Shown here piece by piece: positions 31,864 to 33,932 of a DNA stretch of 33,932 nucleotides. Origin of the DNA: Actinomycetes bacterium (GTDB lineage Bacteria > Actinomycetota > Actinomycetes > Streptosporangiales > Streptosporangiaceae). Both the position numbers and the translations under genes were made by a program. The DNA is taken from positions 1 through 33,932 of the forward strand of contig JAOPYP010000247.1 of assembly GCA_025964635.1 (NCBI GenBank), read 5' to 3'. The stretch's first letter is position 1. Each line of letters begins with the position of its first letter. Under the pieces are notes generated by a model, which did no database searches, was not told the DNA's origin, and saw only the letters and a list, made by a program, of their open reading frames with translations.

Positions 31864-32718
31864 ATGGGAATGCTCGAAGGCAAAGTTGCCCTCATCACCG
31901 GCGGCTCGCGCGGCCAGGGCCGTGCCCACGCCCTCACCTGCGCCCGCGAGGGCGCCGACGTGATCATCGTCGATATCGCGGACCAGATGGACACCGTGCC
32001 GTACAAGATGGCGACCCAGGAGGACCTGGACGAGACCGTCGCCCAGGTCGAGGCGTACGACAAGCGCGCGCTGGCCATCAAGGCCGATGTCCGGGTCCAG
32101 CTGGAGCTCGACGAGGCGGTCAGCCGGGGCATCGCGGAGTTCGGGAAGATCGACATCCTCATCGCCAACGCGGGCATCTGGACCCAGGCGCCGTTCTGGG
32201 AGCTCACCGACGACCAGTGGGACGAGATGCTCGGCGTCAACCTCACCGGAGTCTGGAAGTCGGCCAAGGCCGTCACCCCGCACATGATCCAGCGGCAGAG
32301 CGGGTCCATCGTAATCACCTCGTCGACCAACGGCCTGGAAGCAGGCCTGAACTACGCGCATTACGTGGCGGCCAAGCACGGGGTCATCGGGCTGATGAAG
32401 AACATCGCGCTCGAGCTGGCGCCGTACGGGATCCGGTGCAATTCGATCAACCCGGGCGCGATCAGGACGCCGATGACCGACCACCAGGGAGCCTGGGACA
32501 TGTTCGCCGGGCATCCGGGCGGCACCGAGGCGGACATGATGGAGGGCGGCTACCACTTCGCCGCGCTCAAGGGCACCACGTTCATGGACCCGCAGGTCAT
32601 CGCGGACACCGCGCTCTATCTCAACTCCGGCCTCGCGGCCAAGGTCACCGGGGTCACGATCCCGGTCGATGCTGGCCACCTGATCCTGACCGGCGTCAAC
32701 CCCAGCCCCGTGCGCTGA
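31864..32718 (+). CDS. Short-chain dehydrogenase/reductase, mycofactocin-coupled-like subfamily
   Basis: Full track ORF with a GAGGAAGGAA RBS. Motifs GKVALITGGSRGQGR, NAGI and catalytic YVAAK. Has the long insertion after the first beta-alpha unit (IADQMDTVPYKMATQEDLDET) seen in this subfamily. Confidence 0.9.
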   Translation: MGMLEGKVALITGGSRGQGRAHALTCAREGADVIIVDIADQMDTVPYKMATQEDLDETVAQVEAYDKRALAIKADVRVQLELDEAVSRGIAEFGKIDILIANAGIWTQAPFWELTDDQWDEMLGVNLTGVWKSAKAVTPHMIQRQSGSIVITSSTNGLEAGLNYAHYVAAKHGVIGLMKNIALELAPYGIRCNSINPGAIRTPMTDHQGAWDMFAGHPGGTEADMMEGGYHFAALKGTTFMDPQVIADTALYLNSGLAAKVTGVTIPVDAGHLILTGVNPSPVR

Positions 32719-32983
32719 CCGCACCCGGCGGCCCCGGCCGTCCCGGGTGGTCTCCAGGCCCGGGCGGGCCAGCCGGAGCGCTCGCCGGGCCGCCGCGGCA
32801 CTGAATAATCCCTTCACAGTTTTATCCCTATTAAATTGTCTGTAATTATAGGTAATGAGGGCGCAGCTTTCCGGGCTTAGGCGGTATGGGGGACCTGCTT
32901 CCCAGCTGGCCGGGGCAATGTCTATATTTGGTTCTTCGTTAATAGGAATTCCGGTGCCAGCGCGGGAGAAAGATGAGCCAGCA

Positions 32984-33932
32984 ATGACCCTGAACCCCTA
33001 TATCGTCCTGGGCAGCGCCGTCGTGGGGCTGCTGGTCGGGCTGACCGGCGCGGGCGGGGGCGCCCTGATGACACCGATGCTGATCCTGCTGTTCGGGGTG
33101 AAGCCCTCCGCGGCCATCTCGAGCGACCTGGTCGCCGCCGTGCTGATGCGGCCGGTCGGCGCTGCGGTGCACCTGCGCAAGGGCACCGTCAACCTGCGCC
33201 TGGTCGGCTGGATGGTGATCGGCTCGGTGCCGATGGCGTTCGTCGGCGCTTACCTGCTGCACCGGCTCGGCGGCAGTTCCGCCCAGCAGAAGCACGTCGA
33301 GGTCTTCCTGGGTGCGGCGCTGCTGGTCGGGGCGGCCGCCATGGTCTTCCGCTACATCCTGGACCGCAGATCCGGCAACCAGCGGATCGGCACGGTGCAC
33401 AGGATCATTGTGCGCCCGGTGCCCACCATCGTGATCGGCATGATCGGTGGCGTGATCGTGGGCCTGACCTCGGTCGGCTCCGGGTCGCTGATGATCGTGC
33501 TGCTGCTGTTCCTCTACCCGATGCTCAGCGCCGGGCAGCTGGTCGGCACCGACCTGACCCAGGCGGTTCCGCTCACGGCGGCGGCCGCGCTGGGCGCCCT
33601 GATCTTCGGCACCGTCCAGTTCGGGGTGACCGCCTCGCTCGTGGTGGGAAGCGTGCCAGCCGTGCTGATCGGCTCCTACCTCTCGTCGAGGGCACCCGAT
33701 CGGTACATCAGGCCCATCATCACGTTCGTGATCTTCGCGTCGGGCCTGAAGTACGTAGGGGTCGGCACGACCGCGCTGGGCTGGATCCTCTGCGTGGTGG
33801 CCCTGGCCGGCGGGGCTTACTGGCTGGCCCGGGTCCGGCCGTGGGAGAACGGGCGCGGGCCGGGGAGCCCGGCGGACGGCCCGCCGCCCGCCGGCGTGAC
33901 CAGCGGCCCGGGCCCGGCCGATGGCCAGAGAG
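32984..33932 (+). CDS. TauE/SafE (DUF81) family anion exporter, 3'-truncated by the window end
   Basis: Not in the ORF track because there is no stop in the window. Hand translation from the ATG at 32984: MTLNPYIVLGSAVVGLLVGLTGAGGGALMTPMLILLFGVKPSAAISSDL... A second half repeat reads GLTSVGSGSLMIVLLLF. High third-position GC to the window end. Confidence 0.8.
   Translation, partial: MTLNPYIVLGSAVVGLLVGLTGAGGGALMTPMLILLFGVKPSAAISSDLVAAVLMRPVGAAVHLRKGTVNLRLVGWMVIGSVPMAFVGAYLLHRLGGSSAQQKHVEVFLGAALLVGAAAMVFRYILDRRSGNQRIGTVHRIIVRPVPTIVIGMIGGVIVGLTSVGSGSLMIVLLLFLYPMLSAGQLVGTDLTQAVPLTAAAALGALIFGTVQFGVTASLVVGSVPAVLIGSYLSSRAPDRYIRPIITFVIFASGLKYVGVGTTALGWILCVVALAGGAYWLARVRPWENGRGPGSPADGPPPAGVTSGPGPADGQR

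Noticed and set aside
32855-32983. In-frame upstream extension of the TauE ORF from ATG 32855
   Set aside because: The 43 extra codons are dominated by A/T-ending rare codons (ATA, TTA, TCT, GGA, ATT), unlike the rest of the gene. TauE proteins normally start at the first TM segment.
1-33932. Scan for tRNA/rRNA genes, CRISPR arrays, IS elements or integrases, and toxin-antitoxin or known defence genes
   Set aside because: None was recognised by eye. There are no T-loop GGTTCGAAT-type motifs in non-coding DNA, no regularly spaced repeats beyond the short ones listed, and no transposase, integrase or recombinase motifs in any frame. The NB-ARC protein has a SARP DNA-binding N-terminus rather than a nuclease or other effector domain, so an Avs-type defence role was not supported.

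Overview
This is a high-GC (roughly 70% or more by eye) actinobacterial chromosomal segment, densely coding on both strands. All calls come from reading ORF translations, start-codon/RBS context, third-position GC and motif recognition; no searches were run.

Left to right:
- A phosphate-uptake locus with an unusual layout: pstA-pstC-pstS on the minus strand, an extra lipoprotein gene, and an orphan divergent pstB.
- A cell-envelope block of about 14 kb. It holds DedA paralog 1, OmpR-type RR/HK pair 1 and a small secreted disordered protein. Convergent to these is a six-gene, mostly overlapping operon: RR2, HK2, lipoprotein, two ABC ATPases and an 888-aa double-FtsX permease. Then come RNase HI, DedA paralog 2 translationally coupled to UppP, and a divergent sensor-less BlaI/BlaR1-type repressor/protease pair.
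- An alpha/beta hydrolase, a cupin, a TetR regulator and a membrane protein.
- A 1057-aa AfsR-like SARP/NB-ARC/TPR regulator, followed by a 1.4-kb gene-poor stretch. That stretch holds a TTA-containing small membrane ORF and a 56-aa acidic ORF below the ORF-track cutoff.
- DJ-1/PfpI.
- A redox island: TetR, an FMN alpha-hydroxy-acid oxidase family enzyme, two SDRs with the G-x-x-RGQGR signature of mycofactocin-coupled SDRs, and a second TetR.
- A 3'-truncated TauE/SafE permease that is absent from the ORF track.

No rRNA, tRNA, CRISPR array, transposase or integrase was recognised.

The best candidate for something new is a 17-bp palindrome, TCTACAG-N3-CTGTAGA, that occurs four times in the window. 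Two copies lie in tandem between the blaI-like gene and uppP, one lies in front of the distant dedA paralog, and one lies upstream of orphan pstB. This suggests a BlaR1/BlaI-type proteolytic switch wired to undecaprenyl-phosphate recycling genes rather than to a beta-lactamase.
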